64,000 nt of DNA from Octopus sinensis (lineage: Eukaryota): NCBI RefSeq assembly GCF_006345805.1, contig NC_043005.1:78368001-78432000 (forward strand), given 5' to 3'. This document shows, piece after piece, positions 1 through 10,736 of the stretch. The position numbers were made by a program, and so were the translations under genes. How positions within the stretch are numbered: position 1 is the first letter of the stretch; the number at the start of each line of letters is the position of its first letter. Under the pieces are notes generated by a model. It saw nothing but the letters and a program-made list of their open reading frames with translations. It did no database searches and was not told the DNA's origin.

Positions 1-317
1 AGTTCAAATTCCGGCAGGGTCAGTTTTACCTTTCATCCTTTCAGGGATCAATGAAATAAATACCAGTTGAGCTTTGTGGCGGGGGTCAATGTAATTGATT
101 AGCCCCATCTCCTAAAATTTCAGAACATCCCTTGTGAAATTCCTTCGATCATAAGTCTATCTAGTGAGGGCTGAAAATTAAAAACCACCTAGAAATTAAA
201 AAACTTTGCTTCTAAATTCATTTTTACATCCTATTTTTAAATGGCAATTTTTCTTTGTACAATTTTTCCTATAAATCAGTTGCATTCATACATTTTTCTT
301 TTCTCTTAATTTAATAG

Positions 318-403
318 GGCTACTTTCAGTTGAAGGCTTATCCTGGAGTTTGGCTTTTAAAGCTGAGAGAGGGGCGGTCTTTAGATATTTATGAAATCTT
401 AAG
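318..403 (+). CDS. UGGT: UGGT coding exon ([29 protein letters not shown]), first exon in window
   Basis: Acceptor TTAATAG| at 317 and donor AG|GTGAGT at 404. Translation matches the UGGT motif GYFQLKAxPGxW.L.LR.GRS..IY. Ends in phase 2 and joins 3196. Confidence 0.96.
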
Positions 404-554
404 GTGAGTGTAATATTAACACTATTTCTTATTCTTTGAAGCATTAAATATACTGCAGGTGTGGCAAAGTGGTTAAGAAGTTTGCTTCGCAACCATGCCA
501 TCTTGGGTTCAGTCCTGTTGCTAATATAGGAACGGATCTACCCAGAGCTATATT

Positions 555-767
555 CTTTTCTACTCTAGGCACAAGGCCTGACATATTTGGGGAGGGGCCA
601 GTCGATTACATTGACCCCAGTGCATAACTGGTACTTAATTTACCGACCCCGAAAGGATGAAAGGCAAAGTCGACCTCGGCAGAATTTGAACTCAGAACAT
701 AACGCCAGACGAAATACCATTAAGCATTTCGCCCGGCGTGCTAACGTTTCTGCCAGCTCGCCACCTT
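555..767 (-). mobile_element. tRNA-headed SINE (family A2) with 18-bp target-site duplication
   Basis: Minus-strand head GGCGAGCTGGCAGAAACGTTAGC...GAGTTCAAATT (A-box- and B-box-like). TCTACCCAGAGCTATATT occurs at 537-554 and 768-785. Confidence 0.9.
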
Positions 768-1301
768 TCTACCCAGAGCTATATTAGCTCTGGGTAGATC
801 CAAGTCTCATGAGTTGATTCAGAAGAAGGAAACTGAGAGTCGTGTGATACATAATTGTGTGGTAAGAAGCTTGCTTCCCAACCACATGGTTCCAGGTTCA
901 ATCCCATTGCATGGCATCTTAGGCAAATGTCTTCAGCTATAGCCCTGGGCCAATTAAAGCTATGTGGGTGGATTTGGTAGACGGAATCTGAAAGAAGTTC
1001 ATGTGTGTAATATACTCACCAATACACACAATGGGCTTCAGTCCCTTCCTTCTTGCCACAGGGCTACATGGTATTATTTACTATAAATTGTCATCAGTCT
1101 TGATATTCTCTTTGAACTGGTCTCTGATATTATTCTGCCACCATTTTCAACATAGGGACCTCGAATCAAGTCACGTGACAAACAAGTACAAAGAACTTCG
1201 AAAATAAGTAAATGCAAAACATTCTGTTGACGAATTCATCGCTTATAAATTAATGAAGTTGTCTCCCTTGAATTTGTTTTTAAAAAATACTTCCAAATAG
1301 G

Positions 1302-1665
1302 GGCACGCGTGACTGTATGGTAAGAAGTTCGATTTCCAACGACCTGGTTCTGAGTTCAGTCCCACTGCGTGGAACCAAGGACAAGTGTCTTCTATTGTAA
1401 CTTTGGGCCGACCAAAGTTTTCTGAGTGTATTTGGTAGACAAAATTTGATAGAAGCAAGTCGTGTGTGTGTGTCCTTCGTGTTTGTCCCCCCAACATTTG
1501 ATGACTGGTGTTGGTTTGTTTACGTCCCTGTAATGTAGCAGATCGGTAAAAAAGAGCCGAATGGAATAAGTACGAGGTTCAGTGTAAAAGAAAGAATAAT
1601 AGGGTCGATTTGTTTTACTAAATCTATCGAGGTAGTGCTCCAGGATGGTCACAGTTTAATGACTG
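1302..1665 (+). mobile_element. SINE family B (tRNA head, CORE-like segment, internal microsatellite), degenerate
   Basis: Box B-like GTTCAGTCCCACTG, a degenerate CORE-like segment and the family 3' half GATAGAATAAGTAC, as in other copies in the window. Confidence 0.75.
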
Positions 1666-2000
1666 AATAATGATAATAATCCGTAGGCACAAAGCCTGAA
1701 ATTTTAAGAGAAGGGGCTAATTAATTATGTTGACCCCCTGAGATAAATTGACAGATGAGAGATAAATTTTCCCCTGGATAGGACATCAACGTATAGGAAG
1801 AAACATTACTTCACATTACCTGCTACACGTGTTCTATCTAAAAAATAGGGATCAGTGTCTCTAGGGCAGTGGTTCTCAACCGTTTTTTACCCACGCACCC
1901 TTATTATTATTATTATATTCTAGTGGACACCCATAGCCATTCAATATTTAAAAACTAATTTTATATCTACTTCTTTCAAAATTCCTATTTTGTTCTTCAC

Positions 2001-2354
2001 TTCGAGCGTGATCGTTACCAGCATCGCCTTACTGGCACTTGTGCTGGTGGCACGTGAAAAAACATTCGAGCGAGGTCATTGCCAGTGCCGCTGGACTGGC
2101 TCCTGTGCAGGTGGCACATAAAAAACACCGTTTGAGTGTGGCCATTGCCAGTACTGCCTGACTGGCCCTCATGCCTGTGGCACGTAAAAGCACCCACTAT
2201 ACTCTCGGAGTGGTTGGTGTTAGGAAGGGCATCCAGCTGTAGAAACTCTGCCAGATCAAGATTGGAGTCTGGTGCAGCCATCTAGTACACCAGTCCTCAG
2301 TCAAATCGTCCAACCCATGCTAGCATGGAAAGTGGATGTTAAACGATGATGATG
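2001..2354 (+). mobile_element. Family C repeat (66-bp internal units, (GAT)n tail)
   Basis: GTGGTTGG.GTTAGGAAGGGCATCCAGCTGTAGAAAC...CCAACCCATGCTAGCATGGAAAG...TTAAACGATGATGAT is shared with more than 15 copies in the window. Confidence 0.85.
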
Positions 2355-2504
2355 TCCATTTACTTGTATAGGTCGAACGATGTAAAACATTAGACAAAGA
2401 AAACTCTGTTTTTTTCAATAGATACATTTAAATCCAAACTTTGCTTGGACCCATGAAATACAGTTGTGGATCCCCAATTTACTATTTTGCCAATGTTATT
2501 GTTT

Positions 2505-2795
2505 TGTTTCTTCTCGAGCCATGCCTGGCTCATAAGAGCCGGTTTCCTTGGCGTATAGGTTTCCCCCTGGATGGGACGCCGGTCCATCATAGGTGAGCTG
2601 CAAGATGCAGGAGGAAAGAGTGAGAGAAAGTTGTAGCGAAAGAGTCAGTAGAAGTTCGCCATTACATTCTGCCGGAGCCACATGGAGCTTGGGTGTTTCG
2701 CTCATAAACACACACATTGCCCAATCTGGGATTTGAACCTGCGATCCTTTGACCGCAAATCTGCTGCTCTAATCATTAGGCCATGTGCCTCCACA
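2505..2795 (-). mobile_element. tRNA-headed SINE (family F) with a possible V-domain-like segment
   Basis: Minus-strand head GGAGGCACATGGCCTAATGATTAGAGC...GGTTCAAATCCC and internal GATGGACCGGCGTCCCATCCAGGGGG. The V-SINE resemblance is recalled, not searched. Confidence 0.65.
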
Positions 2796-2885
2796 TTTTA
2801 CTAATATGGACCCCAAAAAATCTTATATAGGCCCTGGCTGTAAACCACCGTTAGGGGCACTTGAACTCACTAGTAGTATTGCTCA

Positions 2886-3102
2886 CAGGGGGCTAAACAT
2901 AGAGGGGACAGACAAGGACAGACAAAGGGATTAAGTCGATTACATCGATCCCAGTGCATAACTGGTACTTATTTAATAAACCCTGAAAGAATGAAAAGCA
3001 AAGTGGACCTTGGTGGAATTTGAACTCAGAATGTAACAGCAGACGAAATATCATTAAGCATTTCGCCCAGCATGGTAATGCTTCTGCCAGCTCGCTGCCC
3101 TT
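2886..3102 (-). mobile_element. SINE family A monomer
   Basis: Same head and body as the other A copies (GAATTTGAACTCAGAA...TTCTGCCAGCTCGC on the + strand). Confidence 0.85.
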
Positions 3103-3195
3103 CTCGTCAGTAATGTCCCGGTTGTGATTCTGAGCATGGAACCTCCCTTTTTGTTCTAATAGATAAATAAAATGGACAATCTGTTTTCTTTACAG

Positions 3196-3280
3196 CCATG
3201 AGATGACAGACACTCCAGCCGGAGCCAAAGATCTTGTTGTTGCTATCAACAGTTTCAAGAGTAAAACTATTCGCATTAAG
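3196..3280 (+). CDS. UGGT: UGGT coding exon (S-HEMTDTPAGAKDLVVAINSFKSKTIRIK)
   Basis: TTTTCTTTACAG| acceptor and AAG|GTGAGT donor. 85 nt, phase 2 to phase 0. Resembles the vertebrate UGGT1 segment SHDGTDSPPDADEVVIVLNNFKSKIIKVK (recalled). Confidence 0.95.
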
Positions 3281-4369
3281 GTGAGTGTGAAGTGTTAGCT
3301 TTCACCGTGCAAGGTTTCCTATGTGCATGGTTGCATTTGAAATGTTCTTTTCCATCCCTCTATCTCTCTCTCTCTGTCTCTTCCTCTATCCACCTCTCAC
3401 AACCATTGCTGTGTGATTATCAAGTGGTGCTGGTATGGCTATGTGGTTAAGAAGCTTGCTTCCAAACCATGTGATCTTGGGTTCATTCTTACTGTGTGGC
3501 ACCCACCTTGGGCAAGTGTCTTCCACTATACCCATCAAGCTGGCCAAAGGTTTGTGAGTGGTTTTGATTGATGGAGACTGAATGAAGCTTGTCATGTGTG
3601 TGTGTGTGGTGTGTGTGTGTGTGTGCATGTTCCTTTGTCTTGGCGTCTCATGCATGATAGTTGTAAATGAGCATCACCCTCATACAAGCAGTGTCATTCG
3701 TTTCCAGTCTTCTGTCTAAAACATATCTGGCCATGGGGAAATATTACCTTGCTTGGAAACAAGTTAGGGTCGGTGACAGGAAGGGTATCCAGCTGTATAA
3801 AAGCTACCTTGATGAATTCTGTCTGAACCATGCAGGCATGGAAAAGTAGATGTTAAAACTGTTATGATGATGATAACGGTGATGATTCAGTAAATTTGCT
3901 GAGCTTCAGATTTCCTACGGTGAGATACCCTTCTGTCACCAACTCTCACCTATGTCTGGAAATAAATGATATTGCTAGTATGACGGTGATGCACATTGCT
4001 AATATTATGCAATGTCAGAGGAGACAGGCGCCACACTAATTGATTCAAAACGACTTTCCTACTACCATTTTTACATTATCATCATCGTTTTATGTCCACT
4101 TTCCAAACTTACCTTTAATTTCCAACTCCGTTCATCCACCTTTCCCTCCACTCAACTCTATTTTATTGTGTTATTCTTTGAAGCTGAAAAGTGATATAAG
4201 GGTAATGCAGTGAACTTTTCAGGTACGAAGTGAGTAGGAATGAGTGAGATTGGGGTGCCATTAGTGGGTTGGAGGGCAAGAAAGGAATCTCTCATAGTGT
4301 GGCAACAACAGAATAATATTTATTGAAAAATACATAAGGTTTTAGATTCTATTTAGGAATTGGTTTGAG

Positions 4370-4972
4370 TAGTGGTTGGCCTCAACTGGGGTTCATATGA
4401 CCCTTCGGGGTCCATATAACATTTTTGATGTTAAAGTTTATCTGCAATAAATTGGTTATATTTCTACATTATACAAAATATTTTAATAATTTTTTTTCTT
4501 ATACAATTCCTGACCAAGATACCTGGTGCCTTAATTGACGAAGGACCGAGATACCTGGTGCCTCAAAAGTCCAGAAGACCTATCCTCAACAGCAGAAGTG
4601 TGAAGAGGATTGGATTGCTAGAGTCCTGTGCCGGTGCCACGTTAAAAGCACTCATGCTGATGCCACATGTTGGCAATCATGTCAGTGCCATGTTAGAGGC
4701 ACCCAGGACACACTGTGAAGTGGTTGGTAAAGTGGTTGTAAAATAGAAGGCCATCTGGCCATAGAAACCAAGCTGAATCAGACTGGAGCTTGGTATAGCT
4801 CTCTGTCTTGACCAGCTCTGGTCAAACTGTCCAACCCATGTCAGCATGGTAATGAACATTAAAAGATGATGATGAATAGGATGTTTTTAAACTTCAAATG
4901 GGTATGAGGGTCCCGAAGAGTAAAATAGGAACCGCAGGGTTCCATAGGTAAATAAATGTCTAAGAACCACTG
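4370..4972. mobile_element. hAT-like MITE (degenerate) containing a family C insertion
   Basis: Ends TAGTGGTT... and ...AAGAACCACTG resemble CAGTGGTTCT/AGAACCACTG termini. Confidence 0.4.
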
Positions 4973-5476
4973 GATTTGAGGGTGGCTCTAACCAATTAGA
5001 CTTGTTCTTGACAACTGCATGATTCTAATTTTCACACAAGGCCAGGAATTTTGAGGGGAGGGGGCAAATCAATTATGTTGACTCCAGTACTTGACGTGTA
5101 TTTATTTTATTGACCTGGAAAGGATGAAAGGCAGAATTCGAACTCAGAATGTAAGGGGTTGGAAGAAATACCACAAAGCATTTTTTTTTTATGATGCTCT
5201 ACCAGTTTTGTCAGCTTGCTGCTTTATCTCACTACATCATGCTTTCTTCTTTTGGCACAAGGCCTGAAATTTGGAAGGGAGGGGGCTTGTTGATTATATC
5301 GACCCCAGTTCTCAACTGGGACTTATTTTATTGACCCTGAAAGGATGAAAGACAAAGTCAACCTTGGGGTAAAGATGAATGAAACACCACTAGACATTTT
5401 GTGCAGTAAGCTAATGATTTTGCCAGCTCTCCCGCCTTGTTAACTCACCGCATAATGATGATGTCTTGGTGTTGAT

Positions 5477-6290
5477 TTAACCCTGTCACATTTAAACTAA
5501 CCATATCCAGCCAAAATATTCTTATTTCTTTATTACCCAGAAGGGGCTAAACATAGAGGGGACAAACAAGGACAGACAGAGGGATTAAGTCGATTACATC
5601 GATCCCTGTACACAACTGGTACTTAATTTATCGACCCCGAAAGAATGAAAGCAAAGTTGACCTCGACGGAATTTGAACTCAGAACGTAACGGCAGACGAA
5701 ATACCTATTTCTTTACTACTCACAAGGGGCTAAACACAGAGAGGACAAACGGATTAAGTCGATTATATCGACCCCAGTGCGTAACTGGTACTTAATTTAT
5801 CCCTCCCGAAAGGATGAAAGGCAAAGTGGACCTCGGCGGAATTTGAACTCAGAACGTAACGACAGACGAAATACCTATTTCTTTACTACCCACAAGGGGC
5901 TAAACACAGAAGGGACAAACAAGGACAGACAAACGGATTAAGTCGATTATATTGACTCCAGTGCGGAACTGGTACTTATTTAATCGACGATGAAAGGCAA
6001 AGTCGACCTCGTCGGAATTTGAACTCAGAATGTAGTAGCAGACGAAATACCGCTAAGCATTTCGCCCGGCGTGCTAACGATTCTGCCAGCTCGCCGCCTT
6101 TTTCATGTTTGTATGGATCGCCAAAATATTCTGCTTATCTTACGTTTAAGCTAGCCAAATCCAGCTTCTCACACCTACCTTACAATGTCATTCTAAAAGT
6201 AAACAATCACATCAAGATCTATAGCTACAAGATCATGCATGATTAATTCAAAACAATTTGATAGAGAAATCTGAATGCTAAAGAGCGAAA
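5477..6290 (+). mobile_element. piggyBac-like MITE (family I) interrupted by a SINE A trimer
   Basis: Begins TTAACCC...CATTTAAACTAACCATATCC and ends TCTGAATGCTAAAG. Same body as copies at 50640 and 58440. Confidence 0.65.
5523..6098 (-). mobile_element. Trimeric SINE family A with 13-bp TSD
   Basis: Units at 5523-5705, 5706-5875 and 5876-6098, of which only the last carries the full head. GCCAAAATATTCT occurs at 5510-5522 and 6120-6132. Confidence 0.9.
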
Positions 6291-6509
6291 TATATACTAA
6301 ACGTTAAGGGACAAAAGGAAACAGCTGGTCATTTTTGTATACTCATATGGGAAACAAAGTCGTCTTAACATATATATTGATTGGAGGAAGCATTAAAAAG
6401 TAACCAGAAATAATTATATTGTGAATTAATGAACAGCTAACGTTTTTGCTGCTTTAAGTTGAATTTTCTATGGAGTTATTTCCCTTTATATCTGCAAGTA
6501 ATTTTAATA

Positions 6510-7018
6510 CCGTAACTCCTCGAGTATAGTCCGCCCTTCAGTATAATACGCAGGGGATTTTTACGGGGCTGTACCTCTGAAAAACCTAAACCTTGTGTAT
6601 AATACACACCCCTTCTCTAACTTGAGTCAAGGAGGTCTATATAACGTCCTTGGTTTGTAAAAAGTATACGGTAACGTCCTGTATTATTATTGTATATATA
6701 ACATAATGCAAAAGTGTAGCTTTTTTGTGCATTTTGTTTGCAGAAAATAAAGAAATAACAGTAATAACGTTTAATAAATGTTGCTTACTGCAAGTTATGG
6801 ATGATTCTTTTATGACTTCATTGCTTTCAGGCTTAGCTTTAGTATTTTCGTGCTTAACATCACAAAATGCGTCTGAATAAACATTGCCAGACAGCAAATA
6901 GAGACTCGGACATTGCTTAGAAAATAATTTTCATTTTTAACCTCGTATATAGTACGCACTAGGGATTTTGACCATTAAATTTTGGGAAAAATTGCGGATT
7001 ATACTCGAGGATTTACGG
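6510..7018. mobile_element. pogo/Tigger-like (Tc1/mariner superfamily) MITE
   Basis: Terminal inverted repeats CCGTAA(C/A)TCCTCGAGTATA(G/A)TCCGC (25 bp, 2 mismatches) flanked by TA on both sides. Subterminal GTATA...ACGCA...GGGATTTT repeats. Confidence 0.85.
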
Positions 7019-7531
7019 TACTTAGATACTTTTATTAAACAGTTTTCTGGATAAGGGTTTATTAACGTTTTTACGATTCCAGACTTCTACCAAAAAGCTG
7101 ACCAATATGTTCTAATAATCCCCATCGATTGTCTGTTGAAGTCATTGTTATTACTTGTAAGGTGCTGGCATGACTTGAAGAGATGGGGAAAGTTTATTTT
7201 CATTTTACGTATGGAGCTGTGCGTTAAAAAGTTTGCTTACCAACCACATGGTTTTGGGTTCAGTCTCACAGTGTGGCACCTTCGGCAAGTGTTTTCTAAT
7301 GTAGCCTTCGGTTGAGAAAAGCCTTGTGAGTGGATTTGTTTGAGGAAAACTGAAAGAAGCCCATTGTATATATCATCATCATCATCATCATCATTTAGCG
7401 TCCGTTCTCCATGCTAGCATGGGTTGGACGGTTCAACTGGGGTCTGTGAAGCTGGAAGGCTTCGTCAGGCCCAGTCAGATCTGGCAGTGTTTCTACAGCT
7501 GGATGCCCTTCCTAACGCCAACCACTCCGAG

Positions 7532-7895
7532 CAAAAGCCCCCCCCCCTCCGGTCCAATGGACAGTGCTGAGTTGTCAAACATTTAAACCAAATTTTCTCA
7601 AAACAACTTGTCCGACCGTTCCATAGGCCTCCCCTTTGAGAAACACTGATTTTACCTAAATTTGAGACACCAGCAAAAGAAGAAATAAAGATAGACTTTT
7701 TTTCTATTCCAAAGAAAAACAGCTTTATCGATCACATTCTCACCTGGAATGGATTTTTGTAATTTTTCCAAGACTTATACACACCCTGATACCGTCGGTA
7801 TCTACATATCAAATTTGAGTGCAGTCGGATGGAGGATGCCCAAGATCCGAGAAGACACACACACAGACAGACAGAATGGATTTTATATAATAGAT
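7532..7895 (+). mobile_element. Helentron/HINE-like non-autonomous element
   Basis: 3' architecture CAAATTTGAGTGCAGTCGGAT...(CA)n CAGACAGACAGA...TTTTATATAATAGAT and an internal GATACC-GTC-GGTATC hairpin. Confidence 0.5.
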
Positions 7896-8267
7896 ATATA
7901 TATATGTAGGTTTAAAACATTATAATAGAAGATGATGGAATGACCAGGCTTTAATCCAAATCACAATTGTTTCTGTGGCTTGCAAGCAGCTGTTAGTTGC
8001 TAAGTGTTTCAAATATTACTCATATTGTTATAAAAATATTAAACAAATATGATGCAACAATAGCTATGTACTTGCACATTATCAGGTGAGTGCCTTTGAG
8101 AGCACTGTAGGATCACATTTAGCTTCTCATTGTACATACACTAACAAATTTCTTCATGTATATCCAATAAAAGGAGTGTTCCTACTCTCATAGCATATGG
8201 TAGCTGATAACTGCAGAGGAGCTTTGAAATGCACGTTATAAGGTTATAACCCTAGATGATATGAAAA

Positions 8268-8612
8268 GCACCATTCGAGTGTGATCATTACCACTGACAC
8301 CGTACTGGCACGTGTGCTGGTGGGATGTGAAAAAATATTTGAGTAAGGTCGTTGCCAGTGCCACTGGATTGGCTCCTGTGCAGGTGGCATGTAAAAAACA
8401 CCATTTGAGTGTGGTCATTGCCAGTACTGCCTGACTGGCCCTCATGCCAGTGGCACATAAAAGCACCCACTACACTTTCGGAGTGGTTGGCATTAGGAAA
8501 GGCATCCAACTGTAGATTGGAGTCTGGTGCAGCCATCTGGTTTGCCAGTCCTCGGTCAAATCGTCCAACCCATGCCAGCATGGAAAGTGGATTTTAAAGG
8601 ATGATGATGATG
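8268..8612 (+). mobile_element. Family C repeat
   Basis: Three palindromic ~66-bp units plus the conserved 3' end and (GAT)n tail. Confidence 0.85.
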
Positions 8613-8900
8613 ACTTGTGTCCATGTTTGTGTGTGCCTCTTTGTCTTCCAATATTCTGCAAAATCATGTCTGGCCATAAAGAAAATATCTTGCTTGGAAA
8701 CAGCTGAGGGTTCACAACAGGAAGGGCATTTGGCTGTAAAAAATGTGCCTCATAATTCTGTCTGACTCACGCAAACATGGAAAAGTGGATGTTAAAATGA
8801 TGAGGATAATGATGACACATAATTTCTGAAGTGAATATTGTTGCCTTTCTGCTTTTTTTTTTTCTTATTTATGTGGTGTTTTTGTTCTTTTAAAATTTAG

Positions 8901-8986
8901 GTTGGCAAAAAATCAGATAAGGTCAATGAAGAACTACTCAAAGATGATGAAGATGAGAGCATGGGTATATGGGATTCTATATCAAG
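8901..8986 (+). CDS. UGGT: UGGT coding exon (VGKKSDKVNEELLKDDEDESMGIWDSIS-S), ends at a GC donor
   Basis: TTTAG| acceptor at 8900. Continuing the frame into exon 11261 requires phase 2, which is met by AG|GCAAGT at 8987. Confidence 0.92.
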
Positions 8987-9157
8987 GCAAGTATCTATAA
9001 ATTTAACCTTTTGGAATTTAAAAATTAAGTTCTTGATGTCCTTCAATTATACATGTCTCCTCTCTTTGAAAGATTTATTTTGTCAAAGCAAGAACAACAG
9101 AGATGTATTTGTCCTTATATAGTCTTGTCTCTCAATATGTTCTTATGTTCAAGAGCA

Positions 9158-9470
9158 AAGGTGTGTGACATAATGGTTAGGGTATGCAGCTCTTGTTCAA
9201 AAGGTTGTGAATTCAATACCTGGTCACATGTCTTTTGAGTAAGACTATTTATTTCATGTTGCTCCAGTTCACTCGGTTGGCAAAAATGAGTTGTACCTGT
9301 TTTTCAAAGGGCCGGTCTTGTCACACTGGCATCTTGAATCTCCCTGAGAACTATGTTATGGGTACATGTGTCTGTGGAATGCTCAGCCACTTGTATATTA
9401 ATTTCACAAGCAGGCAATTCTGTTGAGTGGATCAACCGGAATTCCCATTGTCATAACTGACAGAATACCA
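9158..9470 (+). mobile_element. tRNA-headed SINE (family E)
   Basis: Colinear similarity to 49676-49996 (TTTATTTCA.G.TGCTCCAGT.CA.TC.G.T.GCAAAAA.TGAGTTGTACCTGT.TTTCAAAGGGCCGGTCTTGTCACA). Confidence 0.8.
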
Positions 9471-9519
9471 GTTGTATTCAAGAGTCAGCATGAATACAAG
9501 AATATATAAGAAGTACCGG

Positions 9520-9894
9520 TGGCACATAAAACACACCATTCAAACGTGATCATTGCCAGCGTCGCTTTACCGGCATATGTGCTGATGGCACGTGACAAAC
9601 AACATTCAAGCGTTGTCATTGCTAGTGCCGCCAGACTGGCTCCCATGCAGGTAGCATGTAAAAATCACCTTTTTGGCATGATTGTTACCAGAACCGCCTG
9701 ACTGGCCCTTGTGCCTGTGACACGTAAGAGCACCCACTACACTCTTGGAGTAGTTGGCATTAGGAAGGGCATCCAGCTGTAGAAACTTTGCCAGATCAGA
9801 TTGAGCCTGGTTCAGTCTGCTGGCTCACCAGTCCTCAGTCAAACCGTCCAACCCATGCCAACATGGAAAGCGGACGTTAAACGATGATGATGAT
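9520..9894 (+). mobile_element. Family C repeat
   Basis: Internal units plus the conserved 3' end ...GGACGTTAAACGATGATGATGAT. Confidence 0.85.
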
Positions 9895-10682
9895 AGACTG
9901 TGGCCATGCTGTGGCATTATTGTTTTTAAAGCTTTACAGTCAGTCATATTGATCCCCAAACCTTGCTACTTGTTTTATCGTTCTTGAAAGTAACAGAAGG
10001 CAGAAGTTAACCTTGGAGTAAAGGGACATAGCTAATAATGCAATGTACTTTTGTTCAGTTTCATTCTCTCTTGCCAATTCATACAGTATGTCTGTCTGTC
10101 TGTCTGTCTATCATTCATTATCCAAATTTCTGCATTTTTCACATTGTGTTAACATCCACTTTTCCATGCTGACATGAGTTGGACGGAATTTGCAGATTTT
10201 GATTTTGTACAGCTTGATGCTCTTCCTCTCACCAACCCTCAACAAATAAGGGGACACTTGTTTGTAACTATCATGCAGTGCCAGATCAAAGGAATACACA
10301 GTTGTGCTCTCACAACACACACACACACACACATCTTTGATGGGCTTCTTTCAGTTTCCATCTACCAAATCCACTCACAAAGCTTTGGTTGGCCTGAGGC
10401 TGTAGTAAAAGACAATTTTGTAAGGATCCATGCTGCAAAACTGATCCCATAATCATCTGGTTGGGAAGTAAACTTCTTAACATCAGTTCTTATATAAATG
10501 GGAGTAACTCAGTACATAAAGTAGAGTATATACTCTTTTGATTTTCATGTCATTGCACATAGCAGAGTGCACCAGCCTGAAACTCAAGGTGTCTGAGTCT
10601 CTGTTGTTTCAGAGATACTCTTTAAAACTTGGATGAATAGAATACATGTATAAATTGCTCATATAAATATATACATTTACTG

Positions 10683-10736
<54 letters not shown>

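Larger units (their letters stand above)
1867..2850. mobile_element. hAT-like MITE with nested insertions
   Basis: Left end CAGTGGTTCTCAACC preceded by CTCTAGGG. Degenerate right end GGCTGTAAACCACCG followed by TTAGGG. Confidence 0.5.

Noticed and set aside
6637-6897. 86-aa ORF inside the pogo-like MITE as a transposase
   Set aside because: No DDE or HTH motifs are recognisable and the element is only 509 bp. At most it is a residual fragment.
8987-8996. Canonical GT donor at 8991 as the main UGGT splice site
   Set aside because: Phase 0 causes a frameshift and a stop 13 codons into exon 11261 and loses the conserved NIFSLASGHLYER.
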